DNA of 64,000 nucleotides from Pocillopora damicornis (Eukaryota): NCBI RefSeq assembly GCF_003704095.1, contig NW_020846526.1, positions 124,001 to 188,000 of the forward strand, read 5' to 3'. Shown piece by piece: positions 24,101 to 36,708 of this stretch (position 1 is its first letter; each line of letters starts with the position of its first letter). The notes under the pieces were generated by a model. It saw only the letters and a program-made list of their open reading frames with translations, ran no database searches and was not told where the DNA came from. The position numbers and the translations under genes were made by a program.

Positions 24101-27100
24101 CAATGCACAGAGAGACAGGTGTAGTTCTCAAAGCCTATTACACATATTGAATTGGATTCCCAAAATTGAGTGAGAGTGGTTTCAACTATTGAAAGCTCAA
24201 GGTGTAAGCCTAATGTCAATGCAACTGAGGAACACAAGAAAGGAAATTAATTTTCCAAAGTGATCTTAAAAATTGCGAATTTGGAAAACAAGCACGTGAC
24301 TTTCCACTCAATAAAAGAAAAACATAAAAAGAAAATTGCTACTAAAGTTGCAAAATCACAGGAAATACCTGTGTGAAAGATTATTTCTGGAACACAAATT
24401 TGAAAGGATAAATTCTAGTTTAATTAAAGGGGACTAAAACATTTTCCGCTTTCGCGATTTTCAGCATTGCCCTCAGCTAATGAATACGCTTTTAAGTAAG
24501 TTTTTAAGAACACCTTTAAAAACGATATTTTCACCCATCAAAATCGGAATTCCTGTAGTTATATTGTTGTTTTGACTTCTACAACCTGGCCTGCAATATT
24601 TCATGAGTTAGCCGTGAATGGCAACCAAAGAGTCTTCGACTGAAAATAAAAGCTTTTTCGATGTTTTGTCAAAACTTCTGCGAAATAATGAGAGAAATCC
24701 TCTTTTTCTTTGGGTCGGTCTTTTCAATGTAGTTGGGTTTATTACAGTTCAGTTTTCATGCTGAGCTTAAAGTGTTCCGTGATTCATTATGATAAAATCA
24801 CCTGCAGATTTGATTCTAAATGTTATTGTTTCAAATTGTCAAAAATTGTCTACTCCAAATGCTTACGTGCCTACAGTTAAATGACTTTAAACAATAGAGG
24901 AACACAAACAGCTCAACTCTGTGATCTTACCGTTTAAAAAGCTTGCCTGAGGTTGCTGTGAAAAATGCTATTTGTGCTCACGCATGTTTTCAGCGATTTC
25001 AATGAAAAGTTTCGTGGTATTTCGCTTTTAAAATTTCTGGGAAATGACGCTGCCAATTTAGTTGGGGTCGAACAACTTCGTGCAATATGTAATACTAGAT
25101 AAGGAATTTACATGAAATTTTATATGGCTAAACTATGAAGCCAGAGTAATCAAACTCATTTCATTAGAGCAGATGAAAACAACAATCTCCAATTTAGAAA
25201 ATTCTCAAGTAATTTAGTGATAAAAAAAAATTCAAAAATATGTCGCGTTTTGAGTTTTTATATCAGGCTGTTGAACACACTTTCGTTTCAACTGGCCGAC
25301 AATAAGTTAAATATTTATAATAATACTGTGCTATTATGAGGGAAATATTGACATTATTACTCTCTCTTCTTGAAAAATGCAGGTAGAACTGGCACTCAAT
25401 ACTGCACAACTTGATCTTTTATAAAGTATTAAGAAATGTTTGCATTTTCTTTGTTATTTTGTTATTTCTGATTTGATTACAAACGGATCGTTCTACCATC
25501 TCATGTACTTGCATGAAGACATACTTTTCGTTGTTATTAGAAAAAAGCTGTAACAATACTAAAATCACTCCAAACAGAATCCCAATAAAAAATATCTAAC
25601 TTTCCTTTGATTTGGCCTACAGGAAACGCATTCTTTTCAAATTTTTGTCATATGAAGTCGGGTACATCTTACTGCGAGACCTACCCAAGGGAGGACTTGA
25701 CGAATGAAATATTTTGCCATCGATTTTCATCCCAACTGAGATTCTAGGAACATAAAGAAAACTTTATGACAGTTTCAACACTTTTGTTTATCATGATTTA
25801 TTAATTTTCCGTTTATGTTGTTTTGTCTTGTCTAAGAATGCCATTTTGAAAGATTTCAGCTCTTGCTTGACTATGTCTACACTCGAGAAAACTGATGACA
25901 TGTTTTCATACCCTCATTCGAAAATTTTCGGAATACCATAAAGCAGAAGTTGTTACCAGTAGGATTTGAGTTAAATATCTACTACGACTTTTGACTAAAT
26001 GCAAACTCATCATGAAAACGTGATTATAAGGACATCAGAATACAGGTCATTGGTTGCTTCAGAGGGCAGATATAAATGTTCTCTGTGAAATATATCATGC
26101 CGAACAAACATGTTGCTAATCACACAACCAAGAGTTGTGTAATGACTCGATAGTTAAGACAAAATTCCACAATTGGCTGTGACTCTGTTATCACCATGAG
26201 ATATCCTTCAGATCTGATTAGTTTGAAGCTTGAATTGAATGAGATAACCTCAGAATTTCCCTGAGGCCAAAGCTAAAGACAACGCGGTTTTATCTAAGTT
26301 ATGCTCGAAAAATGTCTAAAGTACACAACAGCAGTGTATTCCAAATTCCAAAAACAAAAACCCCGCTGGTTATTATTTTGGAAGAATTGCACCTTCACTT
26401 CAGCATTATCAACCAGTCAAGTATTTTTGAGCCTTTGACAGTTGGAATTCGGAAGTAAGGTCAGTTAGTTTCCTGAAACAAGAGGTACCATAGAACCTAG
26501 CCAACAGGCTGCCAAGCTAAGTTGAAGATTAGATTGTTAACTATTTTGAATGAGATTTAATGTAAAGGGCTAAAGAAAAACTTTTGGACTTTAACTGACA
26601 CCCTGAGTTGCCAGTTCTAATACTCGTAAATATTCGAAGCCTGCTAGGATCTGACGATATTTACATACTAAAAAGTGAACTTTATTCGAGAATTTATTAA
26701 CCACGTACTGAGTAAGAGTGTTCAAAACAGTGAAAACCTGAGTTATTCACGATAATTTTGTATTATAATTTATTCAATATGAAACGATTGAAACGAAAAC
26801 GTTTCTCAACTAATGCTTGTCGCTTAACACAAACACTTCATAAATATAATTGTAAATAAAATATTTTATCATAATCTGTAGATTTCCTGAAAAATTCTTA
26901 AGATGCCCTTGAGCGAAAAGCAGTCATCAATTGTGTTACCTTGCAAACCACAGATAAGACCTGACGCTAAAACATCCGGGACATGAATCCTACGAGTTAA
27001 TAACTTCCGATGTTGGGCCCCGATGTCAACTTGTTAAGCTCTCCGACGAGTTGTTCTAACATTTAAAGTCCTTTAGCTGCATCACTTATCCCCAAAATCA

Positions 27101-30100
27101 CAACTGCAATTAAACCTTGATTTCCGTTTTAAACCAAAACAATAACAGACCGCGATGTTTTGTTTGTTTGTCTAAAAGAGGTGATTAGTATACTCAAATT
27201 TGGTGGATTGACATTCTTTCAGAAACTAAACCGAAACGGGTGTTGATTGCCTTCTTACGGCCTCTTACAAGAGAATAAACGTTTAGTTTTAAATTTCTGG
27301 CATGACTAAAACGAGCACTTCTCTTAAGGTTTCTTTCAGCCATTTGAAATCATCTGGAGCTGGTTTAATAATCTGTTAATCATGACTTGAAGCAAATTTA
27401 GAAGCTGTAGCAGTGAAGGCAAACGAGGCAAATCATACGGAGTGTTTCAGTGCCAGTTGTAAAACGTATCCTTAAAAAATCATGTTACGTAACTTGTTGT
27501 AGTAGAAGTGGTGTCTCTTCTCCTCGAGTACGCAGAGAAGAGAACACCGTAGCGAAATGAGTTATGATACCGCTGGGTGATCTGTTTATGTATATATCTA
27601 AACCTGTAATGAAGTCATCATGAAGGCTTATTTACTCGTCATCGCAACAATAGCTACGCACACGTTCGTAAACAAAACTCATGCACGATGCCATATGCCC
27701 TCTAAAATAATTTGTCTACTTGAAAATGACTGCATTAAAAGACTTACTTGCTAATCAATTTACTTGTAAGTTTGCTTTCCAATCAGTTTCATCCTTCCTT
27801 AGTAACAGCGCTGCAGCCATTCGTTCATTCCAATTGTCTCAGTTCTGAGCCACACTGTCTGCGGGAATTTTATGCCAAGTTTATGTCATGTTTATGCAAA
27901 GAATTTGCATGAACCGTTTTATCTTGTAATCGAATACGAGGTTATCTTTTTCCCTTTCAAGTGCCTTTCTTTGTAGATGTCTCTAGACAACCTGGCTATC
28001 CATCATGATCTCCGCCACGAGACGTTCTGCAGGTTTTGCAAATTACTTTGAATCGATAAATCTCAGTTATTGTTCCGTTCTGTTTCGGAATGGATGACAA
28101 TTATAAGTCGCCAGTGACAGCATTGTTCGAAATTATTAAACTTGAAATGAAGACCGACAAACTCAATTACTTATTCCTTGTTCGTAATGATTTATTTGAC
28201 CGGTATATGAAGGAGTGGTTACCGAAGTACATTTTAAATTCATGCATTGACCTGTATTGTACAGGGTTTCTTTCAATTTCCTTCAATGCGTCAGAATACC
28301 TGTAACCGTACTGGATGTGCACGAGTAACCGTTTTGACCGCCAAGAATAGTATCGAGATATTCTTTAAATATCCAAGTTATCTCAGTTTATTTTATATAT
28401 TTCATGTTGGTTTTACTTGTGCGGTGAGAGTGATTAGTCACAACAGACAGCCTCAAACAAGTAATTAAGCGGCCATAATAACCTTGAAATACATTAAAAT
28501 ACCGAAGTTATTTCATTTGCTTAATCCTCTTCGACCATCATGTCCAACCGTTAAACACGCAATGGTTGTCCTTACATGGCACAGTTGTCGAAATTGTCAT
28601 CAAAATATGTTGGGCTATGCGGTAAACATGACTCATTTGTCCTAGGAAAGGTTACGACATCTTTAAATCAGATAAGCGTTCATTAATAAGGTGCTTTTAT
28701 CGCTCTATTAAAAAAGTGTCGAGAGAAAGGCAATTAGCGGTGTTTTGCGTTTTGGACGAGCGCACTTAGAACAGCAAACACCGACTGAATATTTGCATTC
28801 GAGTCACAATGTGGTTTGGTGGACTTCCAGCTGAGAAATTGACCGTTTGGGAACGGGTGAAGACACTTGCATACATAGACTCATTATTCATGCGATCAGC
28901 AATGGCGACGAAACCCATTGGGGGTCCAACAGAACTTCAGTCGGTGATAGATAAATATCTGGAAAGCACTCAACACATAATTTCCATTTTCGTGAAGCCT
29001 AAGGGCATCCGGATGTTTCTACTCAAAAAGACAATTTCGAACGTGACTCAGAACGCATTTCGGGGCAATTTTAAGATGACAGCGCGCGTTTCTATTCAAT
29101 GATTCCTAGTGTTCTCCTTGAGAATGTAACAATGATAAACAAACTCTTCAAAACTTTTCAAACAAAGCAGTAAAACGTTCAAGTTTGCTAAACACCCATC
29201 AAAAGTCCATCACCGAAAAAGGCTGTACACTTACCTTGCAAGTTATAAAAACTTTGATGTTTGCTCTTTCCAAACACAAACATCAACTGACTCCTTGTAG
29301 CTTCTGTTTCTTGTTTAGCTTTACGACCATTCCTCGCTCACTTTATGGCTTCCGTAGAGTCTTTTCTGAAGTTAAACTTAAGTTCTGCAAAAAATCCAAA
29401 CTTTGTCAACAACACTTGTTCAATTTGTTCAGAGTCGTGTGTTGTTCTTTAATGTGCTCGCACGCTCTGAGTTTGTCTCTAGGGACACGACCAAAAATGC
29501 TTCTAAATTACGATTGTGCATGTTTCTTGAATACAATTGAACCTTCCCTTGACTGACGAGACGGCTGAGAACTCGTGGCGAGAGCGAACCATCCTAACTG
29601 AGAGCTAACAAAGAAATTAGCGCGTGAACACTTGGTCAACTCTAAACACTAGTTTATATACATGTGGTGAGTTAAAAGAAAAGTACAAACCTGGCTCCGA
29701 TTCCCGTCACACAAGCGCGTAACAGCTTGTTGAGAACGAAGAGAGTTACCGGTGTTTTTGTGTCACTAGGTGTTACCAAATTTGATACGCACCGGTAAAA
29801 TGCTTATCAACGTTCCTTATGAAAAGCTATCACCACAATAGGGCAATAGGTAATATAAGTGGGCAACTATCCAACTGTGGTTTTGTTAAATTTCTAAGTT
29901 TGTTTCACACTTACAGTTTTGAAACATTTGTGTACAGACCACTTTTGCTGACACTCGCAAACGAATCACTTTTTGCAATGTCACTCGAAAACCCTACTAA
30001 AGAGCTGTCATTCAATACAAGGCGCAAGAATTAGGACGCGTAACCACCAGAAGAGAATGGTCAATGAGCTGTGACAAAACGATAGGTTTCTTTCCAGTGA

Positions 30101-31642
30101 AGAAATAACAAAAAATGGAAAATAATTACAAGCGGGAGAACTCGCTCCTTTGGAAAGCGAAACAATCTAATCCTGCACCCTCTGTGAAAAACAACGACCT
30201 TTGTTAAAGCAACGCTCCTGCAATACAATGGTTGCCGTTTTAAGCTATTCTTTACATCTAATACAAAATGATAACTAAATAAGGGCCTGAACTATCTGCT
30301 CAGCTGAATCTTTTTGGTTGTGAATTTGTAGCAAGATTACTGAATACTTTTGGGATAGGACCTGGTTTCACTTGTATCTCAGAGGCCTTAATGTTTCAAT
30401 ATGACTGTCTCTTACATAGCGTACGTAACTTCTGAATAAGTGACTGTCTAAAGCCTCGAACTAAGGGTGCTGTTGTCTCCTAGTAAACACAGAATTGAAT
30501 AAGCTCACAAAAATATCATTAACCTCTTAGCTATTTGCAAGTGGTAGGTATTCACCCTTCACTCTAGCATGCCGAAAGAAAAGAAGATTTTCGAGAAGTT
30601 AGCAAATCAAATTCCTCCTCCAACTTTGCATGGTGCTTGTTCAATGTTCAAACTTACTCGTTCCGGCCACATTCTACCATCGCCGACTCAATTAGGAAAT
30701 CTGTTGTGTCGACGAACATGACGGTACGTTTCACCAGCACAATCTGCAGCTGCCAGAAAAGATCACTGAAGATTTCAAAACAGGTGCCATAAGCTCGCTT
30801 AGCCGGCGTGCTATTTTCGCTGAGATCAAGATTGTTTCAAAAATAGCAAGCTATCGCCCGCTGGGACTTCACTTAGCGACTCGTTCCCAGTGTTAGCCGA
30901 GAGAGCAATCTCAAATCAAACGTCTTCCTCCTTAATTTTTTTTAAGCTATACAAAATGATATGCTATTGATAATGGTGTGTACAGGTCGAGTTTTCTTCA
31001 ATTCATAAAATGGATCTTCGTCAAAATGAAGATCTACATCAAAATTTATCCCACGGAAAGGTAAAACTTGTTATGGGAAAGTACATGGTTCGACCCGCAC
31101 TTGATAAAAATTGCACGTCAGTGTAATGAGGTTAGACACATAAATCTGAAATTAAATTTTCTCAGCTGAAGAAACGCGCGACAATTTGACCTTTCGCGAA
31201 ATTTCCAAAGGAACTATGCTTATGTGGGTACTTGTATGTCGATATCCTAATTAATGGTTTTGATTTTCGGCCGTCAATTTAAAAAAAAGTTCATTATCCG
31301 TTAGAAAATTATCCTGCCCCAAATCCCTCTCAGACTTGTTGGTTAAGAGTCCGAGCCAATTCATTTGCTGAGTAACGCAAGTAACCTTGGTGGCATCATG
31401 ATCATTCTCACTTTAGAACTAAAAATTTATGACATATGCGGGGATGCATATTATTCTCTGCATGAATTAACTTAATCCCATCTAGCGAGGTTAGCACTAC
31501 TTTGGTTTAAGAAACAGGCGCCTCGTAAATGGATTTCGAGTGATTTAGATCGGAACGCGCAAAGCAGGAAGTTTCTTCTTGCTGTTTGCTCTCTTACGCT
31601 CGTATTGCTCGCATTTTTCGAGAGCCCGACAGGAAGGTTTTC

Positions 31643-31736
31643 CATGTTTGTCAGTTGTAGCTTTAGGATTTAGTAGTGAATATTAGAGTTTGGTCGGCCG
31701 TTTTAAATCTACGGTGAAGACTGGAAGCATTATGTC
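31643..31736 (+). mobile_element. Short Gypsy LTR-gag junction fragment
   Basis: Near-identical reverse complement of ~40594-40687, including the LTR-to-gag (EDWKHY) deletion junction. Confidence 0.85.
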
Positions 31737-32879
31737 TTGTGAAGGTTCGACCGGGATATAATAAAAATTTATACATTTCATTTCTGAGCTCATTCTTCAC
31801 TTGATTCTTTTATAATGTAAAACCACTAATTAAATTTTGTTTTAGTGAGCCGAAAATAGCCCCGATTTCCTGACATTGGGTTGTAGCCCTGTCCAACTGT
31901 TTTATCTTGTTATCTGAAACTGCATCGGAAAAACTGAATTCCAGCACGTAAAGATAGGTCGCAAATATATCAAAAGTAAAAATGTAAAGGAACTTCTGAA
32001 ATTGAAATTTTTTCTCCTAAAGAAAAAATGAATCACAGTAATGCATGCGAGTAGGATTAACTGATCGACGTATGCTATTTCGAGGAATTTTAGAGACCTT
32101 TGTGGTGGAGAGAATATTGAAACTCCCTACGCAAATCTTGTTAGAGGCCTAAGGCTTGCGTAGGAGGCGACAGAAAGAAGAATCTGGACTTGATCTTCGT
32201 TAATCAAATTGATAANNNNNNNNNNNNNNNNNNNNNNNNNNNNNNNNNNNNNNNNNNNNNNNNNNNNNNNNNNNNNNNNNNNNNNNNNNNNNNNNNNNNN
32301 NNNNNNNNNNNNNNNTTTTCCAAACAAAAGTCCTGAGTAATTGGTAGTCCTGAGGGACTTTGGCCGAAGAGAGACGGAAAAGCTCGTAACTGATCGAGAA
32401 AATTATCGGAGTGGCAATTTTGCTGCACTGGGGGAGTGGGAAGTGTAAATATGAACTAGTAAAATCAATCTCCATCGGTGTACCGAGGGGTAGACTTGAC
32501 CCTCGATTAGCGCATCGAACCAAAGGTTCGCAAATTCAGAAATAATTAAATTTATCCGTATTGCAGTGACTCATTTAAACCACCTCTTTCTATATGTAAG
32601 TCAAGTCACCTGGTTTTTACCAGTCAGTTTTTTCAACGTACAAATATATTTTTTAGTCTTACTACTGATGTTAAATACAATCGAAAGTGACGGTTTTCTG
32701 TGGAGAGCCTCGAGGCGATTGAAGACATTGTTTCTGGCGCACAGCTGTTTTCAAACGAGGCGCTCATCGTTTTTAGAACCAGCATGTTTACCTAACACGA
32801 GGATCCTTCTTTGCAAAAGCGCCGAATTCGTGTAACTATGTTGATGATACAAGATATACTGATCAAAGCAATGATTTCT

Positions 32880-33238
32880 AGTTTTTGCGAGAGCATGTAT
32901 TTGAGTTATTTTCGTTTCCAATCAAACGCGTGGCAACATGAGGGTGTGATATTTTTTCTCTCACAAGTCTCACAATGAAGAAGGTGCGAGTTTTTTTATT
33001 TATCATTTACAAAAAAAGCAGGTCCTGCTTAAAAGTAAGTCTCTCTTATTAAAAACTACCAGAGTTTTACAGCGGATTTTAACAATCTTTGTTAAAAGTA
33101 AGGAGCTGTCAACAGCTTCTCCAAATTTTTCGCAGAGAGCAGGCGCTGGCGCACAGCTGTTTTCTAATGAGGTGCTGACTTTCTGGAACCAACAAGTCTA
33201 CCTAAGAAGAGGATTCCTTCATTTAGGTACTTTGAGAC
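32880..33238. repeat. Segment duplicated in inverted orientation at 43603-43963 (also 32163-32214 vs 43451-43502 and 32316-32333 vs 43963-43980)
   Basis: Direct reading of near-identical reverse complements, adjacent to N gaps. Confidence 0.85.
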
Positions 33239-33486
33239 TGCTTGAAGTTGAAGTGACCGTTCTACTTTTAAAAAAGGAAAAGCAGATCTTGCTCGTACAA
33301 GAATTTTCTAAAAACTGTCAAAACTGAATTCTAGAAATGTTTTTAGAATGAAATACTGCTAAAAGCAAGTTTTTCGAGGTTTTGGCAGAGCGCGTTTGTT
33401 ATCACTTTTTATTTGTTCTTTTTGTCTTTTACCTTGGGCGTGGCATCCAACGAAGGCGTGATTTTTTTCATCGCTTTAAGATGTGG

Positions 33487-33580
33487 CGAAGAAGGACTAA
33501 CACTCGAAACGTCAGCTTTTTTACCCTTTACGATGGCTAATTTACGTTTTCAACCCAGTTGTTAACACTAAATTACCTGT
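33487..33580 (+). mobile_element. Penelope-associated/hammerhead-like repeat fragment
   Basis: cgaagaaggactaacactcgaaacgtcagctttt...tttacgatggctaatttacgttttcaacccagttgttaacactaaattacc. The GAAAC is present but the CTGANGA core is degenerate. Confidence 0.6.
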
Positions 33581-33984
33581 TTTTAATTTTGTCTAGTATT
33601 TTCAAAGCGCCTTAACGTTAAATTATCACGACAGGATTTCAATTGAGTTTTTTCCTTTTTGCTTTAGGAAATGTTGCACTTGTTTGNNNNNNNNNNNNNN
33701 NNNNNNNNNNNNNNNNNNNNNNNNNNNNNNNNNNNNNNNNNNNNNNNNNNNNNNNNNNNNNNNNNNNNNNNNNNNNNNNNNNNNNNAGCGTTATTATTTT
33801 AATCTTATAATCAAACAAGTTCAGGACACACATTATCATGTGGTGTCAACTGTAATCAAAAGTGAGTGATTGTGCAAAGGTTTGTAATTGATTAAGTTTT
33901 AATAAAGACTGCACAGATGTTCCACAGAATGCGTCAGAATTTTCTTTACCCCGGGGGAATTCAGGCTTAGAATCGAGCAATAGA

Positions 33985-35185
33985 GACTTTTGCTGTAGGA
34001 TTTGCCTTCAACTTAACCACGAGTGGCATCGGCACAAATTAATTCCAATTGATCTTCTTTCAAAAGAAAAAAAAAAGGAAGGAAAAAACGATTTGAAAAT
34101 TCTTTTGAATGGTTTCACGGAATGGATCCAACCTTATGATATTCTCATTTGTTACTTTTTTGGTGTTTCTATGTGCACTTTGGCTTCTGGTTCCGTCGCC
34201 GTGAGCTTGGTTTATTCTAGAAAATGAAAATAGTCATCCTGATTCATTCATCCGTGATTGTAGGTGGCAACAGTTTTAGTGAATACAGATGGGCCTGTTA
34301 CCATATTTTACGTAAACCTGCAATCGAACGTCGTTCCGATACACGCGTTAACCGATAATCTATCGATTACTTACTTGTTCTTGGTTCAGTCTGTTCTTTT
34401 GTTAATGATTAAAGCTGATGAGTTAAGTTAGCCTCCAAATCAAAGAACTCTAAGATAGAAAAACAAAAAGCAGCCTTTGTAAGAAAACGTGCCGAGAAAA
34501 CGAGTCCTAAAGACTCACAATCGTAGTTGAAGGAAACATCGATAAAAATTGAATGGCTTTTTACAAAGACTAAAATGTTGTCTTTATTCTAAGTATACTT
34601 GCCTCTATTTAGGTTGGTGTGAAAATTCTTAAATTCAAGTCGGTTGGAAGTCTAAGCTCTGTGGCAAGGGCCGACTGCTACTGTACTTTCTTGGCGCGCC
34701 TACAGCAGAATTTCGATAAATATTTCTGTACATCAGATCGGGAAGGAAAAGCTGTGATCAAACTCAAGATATTTTTCAAAAAATCCTGGAAAAACGAAGG
34801 TTAACTTAAATGGCGCTACTAATTGAATCGTTTGTCATGGAATTAACCTGCCCAGATGAGATTTTCCTCAGGGTATCTTACCTTTATCGAAGTGAGGAAA
34901 CCTGTAATCGAAACTAAAACATTTTATGAGACAAAAGGTCGCTTTTCCCTTGTTGAAGTGAACTCTTTAAGGGGGGGAAGAAGTATTTATATTTTGATAG
35001 TGGTGTGAAAGATATTATGCCATTAATCATGACGATTAAATAAGTGTAACTGTTATCGAACAACTGATCTCAGTCGCCGGCCTGTGACAAAAACCGCGGC
35101 CTACAGGCGTACTGCTCCTTTTTACATTATTTTTAAAGCCTATTGTATGGCTGTTTCAAAGCAATTGATCTTTTATTAAAATGCA
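33985..35185 (+). repeat. Upstream region of family copy 1; inverted paralog of ~60170-61680 (part also direct at 44038-44320 and 58345-58470)
   Basis: Shared blocks read directly, e.g. gtaggatttgccttcaacttaaccac, ctatgtgcactttggcttct, aaaagctgtgatcaaactc, attaacctgcc.agatgagattttcctc. Confidence 0.9.
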
Positions 35186-36093
35186 TCACGACTTCACGTC
35201 GATTTAAGTGTGTCATCCAGAAATGGGTGTTACAGCTGGATTTTGTGCATTGAAGGCTCGATTTATTCCTTTGGCTACACGTAGAACCGCTGAAAGCGTA
35301 ATGACTGAGTTCGGATTCATTCGTTCTGGAAAAGGTGAGATCTTTTGAAGGAAGGCTCAAAGGAATGAAACAATAGCACAATTTAGAGACCTCGAGCGAC
35401 AGCGTCTGCAAGTGTACTCTTTTTTTATGACGTGTCAGTGCACTCCAAAGAATGATTGGAAACATTTTATGCCTTCAAGTTTTTTCGCTCAATGTTTTCA
35501 AGTTTGATTTGTATTAATTAAACTAGAGCATTTACAGAGCTTTTTAAAGAGACTTATAACGAGCATATTTGATGATTTTAGGCCAAAGTTCGTAATCTAC
35601 TTCTTGTGATTGGCGTTGTAATTTATGCACAGCCATCTTTTACCGGCGCGTGAGAAACATAAATTACAGATAATAACTGCAAACATTTTATGAATTCAAG
35701 TTTTTGAAGCGTATGAAGCGTGTTTGCAAGTCATTCCGATAAGTGTGTGCCAGATCACAATCGAAATTTGCAAAAGTCCGATCCAAGAAAATATGTAGCT
35801 TCAAGTCTGAGAGCTCTTAACACATTTTTACGAATCTGAAATTCATCAGAAGCCTTTGAAAGAAATTGCTGGAGGAAGTATTTGTGGGACGGGTGCGCTC
35901 GCGAGCCGTTTTTGTCAATGAACTCCAAACTTCGTTCCTTTTTGGACGATAAACAGAAGAAAATTGTCACACGTCATAAAAGGGCGGTCCGATTTCTATA
36001 GCGGTCTTACATTTCCGAGTGAAATCCGACGAGAACTAAACAATGGCATAAATATATGAATACTTAACGACCCACGTAACGTGGGTACACACT
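35186..36093 (+). mobile_element. Helitron-like ~0.9-kb insertion in the 5' intron of pseudogene copy 1
   Basis: Absent from the homologous position upstream of copies 2-4. It starts A|TC and ends with the hairpin acccacg-taa-cgtgggt (36070-36086) followed by acacact(ca), a degenerate CTRR. No TSD. Confidence 0.45.
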
Positions 36094-36155
36094 CAAACCA
36101 TGGGCTAATTAAAAAGAAAACCTTTTGATTATCATTGCTTCGTTTCAGCAGAAGG

Positions 36156-36708
36156 ATGAGTGACATCGAAAAGCAAGCAAAGAAGTCCGTTCAAGACCTT
36201 CGAGATCAATTACAGAGCATGCCAGTCGACATGCGAATTTTTTCTCTTTGCATGAGAGCTCCTTATTCAACTCAGGCTGTGGCACCAGTACCGAAGGCGC
36301 TAGAAGTTTAGGGAACTCCGAGACAAAACCAGAAGCGACGCAATGGTGTACCTAAGAGGAGTCCTTCCGCTTTCGACTAAACTGGTTTCATCTATCAACG
36401 AGTACTTTGAGTGTCATGAAGCCCTGGAATACGAAGAATGGCCTTACATGCTTTCTGACATCCTTGAAGAGACCATTGGCTACAGGGAGCTGTGCCAAGC
36501 GCTACTGCAGATGCACGAAGACATCTTGGTACCACTCAAAGAGAAAGAAGACCAGGCCCGCTTAACTATAAAAGAATTGAAACACCTACAAAGGGAGATT
36601 GAAAGGAAGAGGAAAGAGTTAGAAGAAAAGGCAGGTTCAGAACGCTCCTGGGCGGTTGGACTTGCCTTTGTACCGATTGTAAACATGATCTACACGTCTA
36701 CAATTTGA
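36156..36708 (+). pseudogene. Family copy 1: pseudogene of the putative alpha-helical pore-forming-toxin-like gene
   Basis: ATG at 36156 (MSDIEKQAKKSVQDLRDQLQSMPVDMRIFSLCMR). Two 1-nt deletions near 36280 and 36305 relative to copy 4. Homology stops after ...WAVGLAFVPIVN (~36685) and jumps to 3'-flank sequence. Confidence 0.9.
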
